NCBI GenBank assembly: GCA_030390025.1
Contig: CM059432.1
Span: forward strand, 37,512,001 to 37,576,000
Origin: Squalus acanthias
Lineage: Eukaryota
DNA: 64,000 bases
Reading direction: 5' to 3'
The position numbers were made by a program, and so were the translations under genes. The notes below the pieces were generated by a model. That model had not been told where the DNA came from. It made no database searches and saw only the letters and a program-made list of their open reading frames with translations. Shown here piece after piece: positions 49,782 through 62,224 of this stretch. Each line of letters opens with the position of its first letter. Position 1 is the first letter of the stretch.

Positions 49782-51093
49782 TGTAGGGGGTGGTGGTTTG
49801 TGTCAGCTTCACCTCTGACTTCTGAGCGGTTCGAATTGCTCCCACTCCCTTGGTTCTAGACCTTGGACTTATTTAGGGGTTGTGATAAAAGGTGCAGCAG
49901 ACAACTGAGTTTGATGAAAGAACTTCAATCTTTATTCAAGGGAGTAAAACACAACACAAACACTCTTAACACTCTAAAAGTGGGGAACACTTTGGTACAA
50001 GCGAGGGAAATAACATTAGAAGAATACTTCACCCCTCCCAATCCCACTTCACTAGCTAGGTTGGACTCTGGAGAACCAGGGATTATGCTCACCAAACGAA
50101 TCCTTGACAGTTGAGAGTTAGGGTTTAGAGTCTTTTGAGTAAAAGGTTTCGTAAGGCCCTTGTTGCCGCGAGGTGTCCGATGGTCACTGAGGCGGTCGCT
50201 CTGGTTTCTTCTTGCGTGTCGGCCTGCTTGTTCCTTGCTGCCTGCTTGTTTCGTTGAAACTGTGTACGGTTGTACTCGAGAACTCCTTTCTGTTGTAACT
50301 GTGTAACTGCTTGTCTCCTTGAACTGCCGTGTAACTCTACTGGAGAACTCGAACTCCTGAGAACTGCTGAACTCCTTAACTTGTTGAACTCCCTTCAACA
50401 GCTTCTTGCTGAACTCCCTGAACAGCTTCTTGTTTAACTGCTTGCTGAATTCCTTGCTGCTGTGTAACTCTACTGGAGAACTCGAACTTGAACTGTTGTA
50501 ACTGCTGAACTGACTTCTTGAGAAAACAGCCTTTCAATTATACTAATTCAAGCTTCCTTATCTGTGCATTGTAAGATTTTGGAGGGCTCGTTAACAGTAA
50601 TGACTTTAATAAGTGTCCAATGGCTTTTGGGATGGCTTGCGTCCTGTCGATCTCCTTGGTTGATTACAGTTGATTGGTTTTGTGTTTGGATTTCTAGGCT
50701 GGACTCAGTCTTTCTATAGAATCATCCTGAGTGATTTGTATTATGCATGTTTCTGATGGGCCCTGTAATCGGTTTTGATGGGGCCTGTCTTTTGGGTGGG
50801 ACTGTCTTTTCCCTGGGTCTATTGTTCAAATGTTAATGTCTGCTGGGGCTTGATTGAGGTCATCTTGGTTCCTCAGACAGTGCAATTAACTGCAATAGCC
50901 AAACTGCTTTTACAGAGGTCGACCCCATCTCCTTGTCCCTTTACAGGCCCAGACATGTTTTTAAAATGCCAAAACTTGGTTTTTGGTCTTAAATTCCTTA
51001 TGTTAGGCCCAAATGCATTTTTATCACTCTGAGGTAGTTCCAAAGTCCTTTTTCCTTAGGTTTTGGGGATCTGTAAATTTTGGAAACCTTACA
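49782..51093 (-). mobile_element. Solo LTR (about 1.3 kb), second LTR family
   Basis: Minus strand TGTAAGG...CCCCTACA; TATAA at 50538-50542, AATAAA at 49931-49936; interrupts the LINE; no clean TSD seen. Confidence 0.85.
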
Positions 51094-52128
51094 AGGGGGT
51101 GAATGTTTAAGGTGGTGGATAGGGTGCCAATCAAGCGGGCTGCTTTGTTCTGGATGGTGTCCAGTTTCTTAAGTGTTGTTGGAGCTGCACTCATCCAGGC
51201 AAGTGGAGAGTATTCCATCACACTCCTGACTTGTACCTTGTAGATAGTGGAAAGGTTCTGGGGAGTCAGGAGGTGAGTTGCTCACCACAGAATACCCAGC
51301 CTCTGACCTGCTCTTGTAGCCACAGTATTTATGTGGCTGGTCCAGTTAAGTTTCTGGTCAATGGTGACCCCCAGGATGTTGATGGTGGGGGATTCGGCGA
51401 TGATAATGCCGTTGAATGTCAAGGGGCGGTGATTAGATGCTCGCTTTTTGGAGATAGTCATTGCCTGGCACTTGTGTGGCGCGAATGTTACCTTACTTCA
51501 GAGATAATCAGAAGACCAAGGTTGTGCACCTGTGCTCTAATGGCAATTCCTGACCTGGCACTTGTGTGGCGTGAATGTTACTTGCCACTTATCAGCCCAA
51601 GCCTGAATGTCGTCCAGGTCTTGCTGCATGCGAGCACAGACTGCTTCATTAGCTGTGTAATCATCAGCGAGCATCCCCATTTCTGATCTTATGATGGAGG
51701 GAAGGTCATTGATAAAGCAATTGGAGATCGTTGGGCCTAGTACACTGCCCTGAGGAACTCCTGCAGTGATGCAGTGATGTCCTGGGCTGAGATGATTGGC
51801 CTCCAACAACCACAACCATCTTCCTTTGTGCTAGCTATGAATCCAGCCAGTGGAGAGTTTTCCCCCTGATTCCCATTGACTTCAGTTTTACTAGGGCTCC
51901 TTGATGCCACACTCGGTCAAATGCTGCCTTGGTGTCAAGGGCAGTGACTCTCACCTCACTTCTGGAATTCAACTCTTTTGTCCTTGTTTGGACCAAGGCT
52001 GTAATGAGGTCTGGAGCTGAGTGGTCCTGGCAGAACCCAAACTAAGCATTGGTGAGCAGGTTATTGGTGAGTAAGTGCCACTTGATAGCATTGTCGACGA
52101 GACCTTCCATCACTTTGTTGATGATTGA

Positions 52129-52592
52129 GTCAGATGTGGCTCAGTGGATAGCACTCTTGCCTCTGAGTTAGAAGGTTGTGGGTTCAAGTCCCACTCCAGA
52201 GACTTGAGCACAAAGAACGAGGCTGACACTCCAGTGGAGTGCTGCATTGTCAGAGGTGCCGTTTTTCAGATGAGACTTTAAACCGAGGCCCTGTTAGCTC
52301 CTTCAGGTGGATGTAATAGATCCCATGGCAAGATTAAGAAGAAGAGCAGGGGAGTTATCCCTGGTGTCCTGGCCAATATTTATTCCTCAATCAACATAAC
52401 AAAAAAAAACAGATTATCTGGTCATTATCACATTGCTGTTTGTGGGAGCTTGCTATGTGCAATTGGCTGCCGTGTTTCCTACATTACAACAGTGACTATA
52501 CTTCAACAGTACTGCATTGGCTATAAAGTGCTTTGGGATGTCCTGAGGTCATGAAAGGCGCTATATAAATGCAAGTTTTTCCTTTTTTTCTT
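52129..52592 (+). mobile_element. tRNA-derived Deu-domain SINE (SacSINE1-like)
   Basis: A and B boxes, Deu core and tail; inserted in the LINE RT with TTGAG repeated on the flanks. Confidence 0.88.
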
Positions 52593-53931
52593 TTGAGAGT
52601 AGACTGATGGGACGGTAATTGGCCGGATTGGATTTGTCCTGCTTTTTGTGGACAGGACATACCTGGGCAGTTTTCCACATTGTCGGGTAGATGCAAGTTT
52701 TTCAGCTGTACTGGAACAGCTTGGCTAGAGGCGCGGCTAGTTCTGGAGCACAAGTCTTCAGTACGACAGCCGGGATGTTGTCGGGGCCCATAGCCTTTGC
52801 TGTATCCAGTGCGCTCAGCCATTTCTTGATATCACGTGGAATGAATCGAATTGGCTGAAGGCTGGCTTCTGTGGTGGTGGGGACCTCAGGAGGAGGCCGA
52901 GATGGATCATCCACTCGGCACTTCTGGCTGAAGATGGTTGCAAACGCTTCAGCCTTGTCTTTTGCACTCACGTGCTGGGCTCCGCCATCATTGAGGACGG
53001 CGATGTTCATGGAGCCTCCTCCTCCTGTTAGTTGTTTCATTGTCCACCACAATTCATGACTGGATGTGGCCGGACTGCAGAGCTTTGATCTGATCCATTG
53101 ATTGTGGGATCGCTTAGCTCTGTCTATAGAATGCTGTTTCCGCTGTTTAGCATGTATGTAGTCCTGTGTTGTAGCTTCACCAGGTTGGCACTTCATTTTT
53201 AGGCACGCCTGGTGCTGCTCCTGGCATGCTCTTCTCCTCATTGAGCCAAGGTTGGTCCCCTGCCTTGATGGTAATGATAGAGTGAGGGATATGCCAAGCC
53301 ATGAGATTGCAGATTGTGGTGGCCCACAGCGCGTCATGGATGCTCAGTTTTGAGCTGCTAGATCTGTTTGGAATTCATCCCTATAGCACGGTGGTAGTGC
53401 CACAGTAGGTTTTTCCCTCGTGTTGGTTCCCTCACCACCTGCCGCAAGCCCAGTCTGGCAGCTTTGTCCTTCAGGACTCAGCCAGCTCGGTCAGTAGTGA
53501 TGCTACCGAGCCACTCTTGGTGATGGTCATTGAAGTCCCCCACCCAGAGTAAGTTCTGTGCCCTTGCTACCCTCAGTGCTTCTTCCAAGTGGGGTTCAAC
53601 ATGGAGGAGTACTGATTCATCAGCTGAGGGAGGGCGGTAGGTGGTAATCAGCAGGAGCTTTCCTTGCCCATGCTTGACCTGATGCCATGAGACTTCATGG
53701 GGTCCGGAGTCAATGTTGAGGACTCCCAGGGCCACTCTTTCCTGACTGTATATCACTGTGCCGCCACCTCTGGTGGGTCTGTCCTGCCGGTGGGACAGGA
53801 CATACCCAGCGATGATGATGGAGGATTCTGCGACGTTGGCTAAAAGGCATGATTGTGTGAGTATGATTATGTCAGGCTGTTGCTTGACGAGTCTGTGGGA
53901 CAGCTCTCCCAATTTTGGCACAAGTCCCCGG

Positions 53932-54048
53932 CAATGTTCCCCCTAATTTTTTTTGGGGTGCATGGTCCCTTTAACGGGCTGGGCAAAATCTCCCATTCAA
54001 AAGCTGGTCAGCGGCCTGTGCGGGACCTCCAGCTTAACGGGAACATTG
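53932..54048. mobile_element. 117-bp hAT-type MITE
   Basis: TIR CAATGTTCCC / GGGAACATTG; 8-bp TSD GTCCCCGG / GTCCCCAG; absent from the homologous LINE copy near 190. Confidence 0.85.
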
Positions 54049-54487
54049 GTCCCCAGATGGACTTTGCAGGGACAATTGGGCTGGGTGTGCCTTTGTCATG
54101 TTCAGTGCTTAGGTTGATGCCGGGTAGTCCGTCCGGTTTTATTCTTAGTATACTTCATTGTAGCAGTTTGGTACAACTGAGTGGCTTGCTAGGCCATTTG
54201 AGAGGGCAGTTAACCACATTGCTGTGGGCCTGGAGTCACATATAGGCCAGACCAGGTAAGGACAGCAGATTTACCTTCCCTAAAGAACATTAGTGAACCA
54301 GATGGGTTTTTACGACAATCCGGTAGTTTCATGGTCACCATTACTGATACTGGCTTTTTATTCCAGATTTATTTAATTAACTGAATTTAAATTCCGCAGC
54401 TGCCATGGTGGGCATTTGAACTCATGTCTCTGGCTCATTAGTCCAGGCCTCTGGATTACTAGTCCAGTAACGTAACCACTATGCTCC

Positions 54488-55174
54488 ACACGCGCCTCCT
54501 CCCACTCCTCTTCAGCTAACCCTATCAGCATATCCTTCTATTCCTTTTCCCCTCATGTGCTTATCTAGCTTCTCCTTAAATGCATCTATGCTATTCACCT
54601 CAACTACTCCTTGTGGTAGCGAGTTCCACACTCTAACCACTCTCTGGGTAAAGATGTTGTTCTTGAATTCCGTATTGGATTTATTAGCGTCTATCTTATA
54701 TTTATGGCCTCTAGTTTTGGTCTCCCCCAGAAGTGGAAACATTTTCTCCACATCTACTCAATCAAACCCTTTCATTATCTTAAACACTTCTATCAGGCCA
54801 CCCCTCGGCTTTCTCTTTTCCAGAGAAAAGCATCCCAGCCTGTTCATCCTTTCCTGATCGTTATAGCCTCTCAGTTCTGGTATCATCTTTGTGAATCTTG
54901 TTTGCATCTCCTCCAGTGCCTCTATATCCTTTTTTAACATGGAGACAAGAACTGTGCACAGCACTCCAACCAAAGTTCTATGTAAGTTTAACATGACTTC
55001 CCTGCTTTTCAATTCTATCCCTCTAGAAATGAACCCCCGTGTTTGGTTTTCTTTTTATGGCCTTATTAACTTGTGTCGCTACTTTTAGTGATTTGTATAT
55101 CTGTACCCCTAGATCCTTTTGCTCCTCTACCCCATTTAGTCTCTATTATCTGAGCTTATTCTTCCTACCAACAT
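54488..55174 (-). mobile_element. CR1 LINE 3' fragment
   Basis: ORFs 54512..54751 and 54758..55012 give the CR1 C-terminus. Confidence 0.88.
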
Positions 55175-55374
55175 TGTAGGGGGTGGTGTTTTTGTGTCAG
55201 CTTCACCTCTGACTTCTGAACGGTTCGAATCGCTCCCACTCCCTTGGTTCTAGACCTTGGACTTATTTGGGGGTTGTGATACAAAAGGTGCAGCAGACAA
55301 CTGAGTTTGATGAAAGAACTTCAATCTTTATTAAAAGGTAAGACACAAATAATAACACTCTTATCACTTTAAAG

Positions 55375-56504
55375 GTGAGAAGTCGCACAACACCAGGTTA
55401 TAGTCCAACAGATTTATTTAATTTTACAAGCTTTCGGAGCAGTTCGCTCCTTCGTCAGGTAAGTTTAGCAGTGAGAGAATCTCCCAGAATTCACAATTTA
55501 AACACAGACAAAATATATTCAAATCTTTCCCACATCAAAGAGCATAGCCAAGACAATGAGATGTGTCCCAGGGGGTCCAACGTGTCAAACCACCTGCTGG
55601 CTGCATATCCTGTCAATCTGTGTAGGTTCTTGTGTTAGCCTTTTAAAAAAAAAAACACCTGGGAAGACCGGCCATGATGTCAAGTCACGTTCTGTATCGT
55701 GACATGAACCCAATATCGCGATTGAGGCCCTCCTCATGAGTGCGGAAATTGGCTATCAGTTTCTGCTCTATGATTTTGCGCTGTCGTGTATTTCGAAGGC
55801 CGCCTTGGAGAACGCTTACCCGCATATCCGAGGCTGAATGCCCCTGGCTGCTGAAGTGTTCCCCGACTGGGAGGCAACCCTCCTGCCTGGCGATTGTTGC
55901 GCGGTGTCCGTTCATACGTTGTCTCAGTGTCTGCATGGTCTCGCCGATGTACCATGCTCTGGAGCATCCTTTACTGCAACGTATCAGGTAGACAACGTTG
56001 GCCGAGTCACATGAGTATGTACCGTGTACCTGGTGGGTAGTGTCCTCACGTGTGATGATGGTATCTGTGTCCATGATTTGGCATGTCTTGCAGAGGTTGC
56101 CGTGGCAGGGTTGTGTGGTGTCTTGGTTGCTGTTCGCCTGAAAGATGGGTAATCTGCTGCGAACGATGGTACTTTTGAGGTTAGGCGGCTGCTTGAAGGC
56201 GAGTAGTGGAGGCGTGGGGATGGCCTTAGCAAGGTGTTCGTCGTCATCGATGACATGTTGAAGGCTGCGAAGAACATGGCGTAGTTTTTCCGCTCCGGGG
56301 AAGTACTGGACGACGTAGGGTACTCTGTTGGTTGTGTCCCGTGTTCGTCTTCTGAGGAGGTCTATGCGGTTTTTCGCTGTGGCCCGTTGGAACTGTCGAT
56401 CGACGAGTCGAGCCTCATATCCCGTTCTTACGAGGGCGTCTTTCAGTGTCCGTAGGTGTCCATCGCGTTCCTCCTCGTCTGAGCAGATCCTGTGTATTCG
56501 CAGG
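55375..56504 (-). mobile_element. 5'-truncated Penelope-like element with intact GIY-YIG endonuclease frame
   Basis: C..C motif PCHGNLCKTC, NVVYLIRCSKGC...WYIGET, R..H and EQKLI...GLN; duplication ACTTTAAAGGTG at 55366-55377 and 56505-56516. Confidence 0.93.
55385..55465 (-). ncRNA. Minimal hammerhead ribozyme motif of the Penelope pseudo-LTR
   Basis: CUGACGA-A-GGAGC(GAACU)GCUCC-GAAA-GCUUGU; homologous cores at 44922-44953 and 10408-10439. Confidence 0.7.
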
Positions 56505-57954
56505 ACTTTAAAGGTGGGGAACACTTCGGTACAAGCGAGGGAAATGACAGTCGAACAATACTTCACCCCTCCCAACCCCACTTTACTAGCTAAGTTAGGT
56601 TTTGAAGGACCAGGGATAATGCTCACCAATCCTTTGACAGTTGGGCTAAATCGCGGTTTTGGGGTTCACTGTTTATGGCGGTTAGTGTCTGCCGTACCCC
56701 ATACGCGGTAGAGGACTTCACCTGGATCTCTGGTCAGTCTTCGCGAGTCCGCTGATGCGGTAGGATGTTGTTATGGATTTATCTGGTGAGTACCCAATTT
56801 CTTTAGTTGAGCAGTAGGGCTTAGAGTCTTTGGGTAAAAATCTTACCATGGGGTAAGTCAGGAGTAGTTTGTAGTGTGGAAACTTTGCGATTCTGCGGGT
56901 TTTCTTCCCTGGAGTTGGTCTTTGTTGGTCGGGGTGGCCTGCGATTACCCGGTCAGTTGGGGGTAATGCGCAGTTGTTGGTTTCGTGAGGCCTTTGGTTT
57001 CCGCAATGGCTTTAGGCCTTGGTTGGTGTGTCGGTCGACCTCGTGGAGCTGTCGGTGACTGGTTGCTGCTTGTTGCTGTGTTGGGGCCGTTATTGGAGGT
57101 CCGTCGAGGTGGTGTCTTCGCGAGCTGGACTCAGGTGTGTCTGAGTGGTGAGCGATGCCGACTCGCTTCCAGCTCGGGCCTTCTTCTTCTTGGTCTCTCC
57201 TCTTCTTGCTAGCTCTCCTTTCCGCTTCTTCCTCGTGTGTGCTTGGTGGGCCTTCAATTATACAGAATTGAAGTGGTCTTATCTACCCGCCAAATCTGTT
57301 TAGTTCATTGTCTAGTTTTGGCGGGCTCGTAAATCGGTAACGGTTTACTAGCACGTTAACTGGGTTTTAACAGGCCTTCAATCTGACCCATTGAATATGG
57401 CCTTATCTACCGGCCAAATCTGTTCAGTTCATTGTCTGAATTTGGCGGGCCTGCTACCAGTAACTGCTCTGTAAGTGTCAAATGGGTTTTTGGGATTTTC
57501 TTGGCTGATTGCTGGTGATGGGTTTTGTGTTTTGTGTTCCTAGGCTGATCTATAGCCTAGTCCTGGGTGCTCTGTATTATGCATGTTTCTTGATGGGCCT
57601 TGTAATCGGTTTGATTGGACCTATTGTTTTGGGTGGGGCTGTCTTCTCCTAGGGTCTATTGTCGAAATGTTAATGCATGCTGGGGCTTTGAGTGAGATCA
57701 TCCCGGTTCCCCAGACAATGCAATTAACTGTAATACCCAAAACTGCTTTTACAGAGGTCGAACCCAACTTCCTTCACAGCCTTTTCTCCCTTTACAGGCC
57801 CAGACATGTTTTCAAAATGCCAAAACTTGGTGTTTGGTCTTATATTCCTTATGTTAGGCCCAAATGCAATTGTATCACTCTGAGGTAGTTCCAAAGTCCT
57901 TTTTCCTTAGGTTTTGGGGATCTGTAAATTTTGGAAACCTTATAAAATGCAAAA

Positions 57955-58340
57955 AAGGTGAAGAGGAGATTTGATAGAGGTGTTCAAAATCATGAATGGT
58001 TTTGATAGAGTAAATAAGGAGAATTTTTTTCCAGTGGCAGAAGGGTCGGTAACCAGAGGACACAGATTTAAGGTGATTGGCAAAAGAATTAGAGGCGACA
58101 TGAGGAAACATTTTTTTACACAGCGTGTTGTTGTGATCTGGAATGCACTGCCTGAAAGGGTGGTGGAAGCAGATTTAATAGTAACTTTCAAAAGGAAATT
58201 GGATAAATACTTCAAGGGAAAAAATTTACAAGGCTATCGAGAAAGGGGAGTGGGATTAATTGGATAGCTCTACCAAAGAGCTGGCACAGGCAGGATGGTC
58301 CAAAAGGCCTCCTTCTGTGCTGTATCCTTCTATGATTCTA
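57955..58340 (+). mobile_element. CR1 LINE 3' fragment
   Basis: DLIEVFKIMNGFDRV...RKHFFTQRVVVIWNALP and a TTCTATGATTCT tail. Confidence 0.88.
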
Positions 58341-58987
58341 AATTGGCGGTTGCTTCCTGCAAACATTAGAATTTGTATTGGAAAAAGGGATGTGTAAAAA
58401 CAACAGGTAAAGATACAATGTACTGTAACAGGTTTCTGCCCAATTTGCCAATTTGTTACGTACTAAACTATTCGAAAAATCCACCCTAATTTACATTTAA
58501 ATGTTTGATGCAATGTGATAATTAGTTTCGATGTAGGCAACACTATCTTTCACTTTCAGAACCAACCATGACTTCATTTCCCAGAGTTGCTGTCATTGTC
58601 AGGTTCCTGCAGTGCAAACCAGAGGCGCATTTCCTCAGGGGTCGTCGTTTTCATCTACTGAAGCTTTGGTCGAAGAGTCACGGAAACCCCAGGATAATGG
58701 CGTAACCGTTATTTACACCATTTTTCCGGGGTTTCCTCAGCTCTTCCGCTGTCCTATGGCCTCCCGGTTGGGACAGGCATTGCCTATGCAGCACCGATAC
58801 AGGCAAATTGCGAGTGTAAGTACAGCTGCTTTTGACTGGCTGCCAGGAGCAGTGTGACAGTAACCTGGTGGGGACTCTATATAGGGACCTATTTTCATCT
58901 TTAACTCTAGGTGGGCACTTAGATGGGCCGAGGGATGACATTCATGGTGGAAAGGGGAAAATTGTGTATCAGAGAAATTGAATGGGA

Positions 58988-59001
58988 GTGCCACCTGGTG
59001 G
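58988..59001 (-). promoter_or_regulatory. Candidate CTCF binding site
   Basis: Minus strand CCACCAGGTGGCAC fits the CCASYAGRKGGCRS consensus at every position. Confidence 0.35.
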
Positions 59002-60497
59002 ACAAAAATTCAGCAACTGTTTGGAGAGCATTAAAAGACATCTCAACCCATGAATAGCTTTGCCAAGATTGAATGGGGGAAGAAGTTAAGAACTGTCAAA
59101 CAAAAATGAATGGAAAGGGGCCCTTAGGGAAGGCAGACAAGTGGGTGAGCAGTCCAGTGCCCAAACCCCCCAGTTTGACAGCTGATGAAGTTAAATGGCC
59201 TGCTGTGTGAACTGTTTATGAAGAAGGCTGCCCTCTGTGTCACTCCGCACAGGTCAGGTATTGCAGAATGCCTGAAAGGAGGCAGAGGCAGGTTTCAAGC
59301 TATGATTGTTAATGTCACTGCATGTGCCAGTCCTATACTGGTAGCACCTCATGGAAAGCCTGACTTACCTGCAGTCGTTCGCAGCTTCTCATCTGCAGTG
59401 CAAACCAGAGGCGCATTTCCTCAGGGGTTTTCATATTCATCCGCCGAAACTTCGATCAATGAGACATGGAGACCACAGAGTAATGGCCCTTTTTCCGGGG
59501 TTTCCGCATTCGGTGGAAGAGCGGAAGAACCCTGTGGAAGTTCACCCCAGATCATCAATATTTCTCCCATTACTGGCTTTCTCCTCAGGGCTACAAACTT
59601 CATGCTGTTTCTGGCTGGCTGCCAGGGGCGGTGTGGCAGTGACCTGGTGGCAATTCGAAGGCCCTGATTTTCATCTTCATCTCAGAATAAGTTCTAAATA
59701 GTTTAAAACTGCTGCGAGTCCCACCTGATCCTCACGTGCAAATGGCACTCAATTTTCTGACCTAAACAAATTTGAACAATTATTCACAACTGGTGGCGGA
59801 AGCGGAAAATTGTGTGTAAGTGAAAGTTAAAGGAATGGTGGAATTAAAGGAGACTGGCCCTGACTTTTTGTGGGGTTCTCCTGTTCATCTGCCATAGCTT
59901 TGGCAGGAGATTGGCAGAACTTGGAGAAACATCATAGACGGCTGTTTTTAGCCATTTACACCATTTCTCCTGCCAAAGAACTCCATAGAAATTTCAGAGA
60001 AGTGTCTTAATGGATTGACCAAAAAAATCAGCAACCTTTTGAACAGCCTTAAAAGGCATCAGATAGGGCTGCTGGCCCTAAGGCCATTCACCCGAGTGTG
60101 CTGAAAGAGATGGGAGCTGTTGCTTATATATTTAACAACTCTCTAGGGTCAGGGATTGTTCCCATGCATTGGAGGGAGTTGAATGTTGTACCAATATTCA
60201 AGAAGTGCATCAAGTCCGAACTGGGAAATGATAGGCCCATTAGCTGGATTTCGTTTGAGGAAAGTTGCTAGAAGAGAGCCTCCATATGACCAACTAGACA
60301 GAGTAAGGGTTATTTGAGACTCTCAACATGACTTCGGGAAAAGAATGTAATGTCTTAACAATCTGGTTGTATTTTTGAGGAAGTTACTAGGTTGGTGGAT
60401 GAAAGTAACCACGTCGACATATCTGGATTTTCAAAAAGTTTTTGACAAGGTCCCACACAATAGGCTAATTTATAAGATAGAGACCTGAGAGATTGGA

Positions 60498-60810
60498 GGG
60501 CAACACGGTGGCATAGTGGTTAACACTGTTGCCTCACAGCGCCAGGGACGCGGGTTCGAATCCGGCCTCGGGTGACTGTCTGTGTGGAGTTTGCACATTC
60601 TCCCCGTGTCTGCGTGGGTTTCCTCCGGGTGCTCCGGTTTCCTCCCACAGTCCAAAGATGTGCGGGTTAGGTTGATTTGACTATGATAAATTGACCCTTA
60701 GTGTTAGGGGGGATTAAATACGTGGGGATAGGGTGGGATATGTGTCGGTGCAGGCTCAATGGGCCGAAATGGCCTCTATCTGCACTGTGGGGATTCTGTG
60801 ATTCTGTGAG
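60498..60810 (+). mobile_element. HE1-like V-SINE
   Basis: A box TGGCATAGTGG, B box GGTTCGAATCC, V-domain GTGGAGTTTGCACATTCTCCCCGTGTCTGCGTGGGTTTCCTCCGGGTGCTCCGGTTTCCTCCCACA and a CR1-type tail. Confidence 0.9.
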
Positions 60811-61251
60811 ATCAGATCCTGAGGTGGATAAAGAATTGGTTGCATTTTCATAAGTAGAGGGTTGTTATTAATATTAGCGGTTCTGCGTGGAGATCGGTTA
60901 CTAGTGAAGTCCCACAGGGATGCGTGTAAGGACTGTTACTGTTCACATTAATGATCTGGATGGAGGCGAAGGGGAAAATGTCAGTAAGTTGAAGATGACA
61001 CAAAGAATTGTGCTAATGTTAAAACCCTGGATGAGGAAACAAACCTAGATCTAGATGAAATGGGGGATTGGGTATGTATCTGGGAGATGATATTTAATGC
61101 CAATAAATGTAGCACTGCACATGGGGAGGGCCAACACTAGGCATGTCTATACCATGCAAGGCTCTGTACTAAAATGTGTTGAGTGGGAAAGAGACCTGGT
61201 CGTTATAATGCACGAGTCTCTCAAGGTTCTTGATTTAGCTGCAAAGCTATA

Positions 61252-61972
61252 GGCCCAAAAATTAGTGCCTCTACGCGAGAGTACGCACTGTGTACTCTCG
61301 CGTATTCTGTCTCCAATTGCCGGTTTTCTGCATGCGCTGAAAACCGGCACTTGGTGATTTCAAAAGGGGGCGGTTCCTAAGTAAACCGCGTGCGCGCTAC
61401 AGGCTGCGCGCACACAGTGCACTTAGTGCTTTGAACGCGCAGGTAAGTATGGAAGATTTTGCACATAAAGAAAGGAGGCATAAGACCCTCTTTTAACAAG
61501 GTAAGTAGTTAATTAAGTATTATTTTGAATTTTTTTCAACAGGTATATCTTTTTTAGAGACTTTAAAGAAAGGTAAGTTTATTTTTATAACTTTTTAAAA
61601 GATTGTTAAATTTTTTCAAAAAATTTAATTTTTTGTTTAAAGTGGTTAATTTATTTAACTATACTTATTTTATTAATGTGATGGTTTTTTTTAAATTTAA
61701 TTGAGGTTTAGCTGTTCTTTTGGGGGGGTATAGATTCATAGCTTTCACAGCACTTATGTGAAAACTATGAATGAAAGATGGTGTGCTGCCATTGGCTCTA
61801 ACTGAATCACGTGATCCCACAGCTCGCACGAATTAACTGCGCCTGTGGGATACGCAAGCACTGCCCAGCTGCTGTCTAGAACATCAAGTTCGTGCGAGCT
61901 GGGAATGAAAAAGCCGGCGCGCAGTGAGAGAAATTACCCCCGCACGAAGGCTCCCTCACTAATTTTTGGGCC
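61252..61972 (+). mobile_element. About 720-bp TIR non-autonomous DNA transposon, copy 3 (inverted, diverged subfamily)
   Basis: Perfect 16-bp TIR GGCCCAAAAATTAGTG / CACTAATTTTTGGGCC; reverse complement of 48312-49077. Confidence 0.9.
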
Positions 61973-62224
61973 ATTGTAAAGGCTAATAGAGTACTGGGAT
62001 ATATTGATCAGATGATCCCATATAAAACAAAGAGCACTATATTGTCCTTGTATAAGACCTTGGTTAGGCCTCATCTAGAATACTATGTCCAGTTTTGATC
62101 CCCTCACATGGTGGGAGATATAGAGGCCCTGAAGAAGTTTCAGCGGAGGGGTACTAGAATGATACCTAGTTAAAGCTCTTAGTTATCACAATAGGTTTAG
62201 AGAGCTGAGTCTTTTCACTAAGAA

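Larger units (their letters stand above)
49380..54486 (-). mobile_element. Full-length degraded single-ORF CR1/L2-group LINE with tRNA-like 5' head, carrying nested LTR, SINE and hAT MITE
   Basis: APE 53478..53921 (RQDRPTRGGG, TTYRPP, VGDFN); linker 52702..53337 (KAMGPDNIP); RT 51537..51815 (GVPQGSVLGP, LADD); 3' end near 49380. Confidence 0.88.
55175..57944 (-). mobile_element. Solo LTR (about 1.6 kb net), second LTR family, containing a Penelope insertion
   Basis: Ends match 49782-51093; TATAA at 57258-57262, AATAAA at 55327-55332; probable 4-bp TSD ACAT/AAAT. Confidence 0.85.

Noticed and set aside
60498..60570. tRNA gene (also at the heads at 5790, 11250, 52129 and 54486)
   Set aside because: A and B boxes are followed by SINE or LINE bodies; no complete cloverleaf with terminator.
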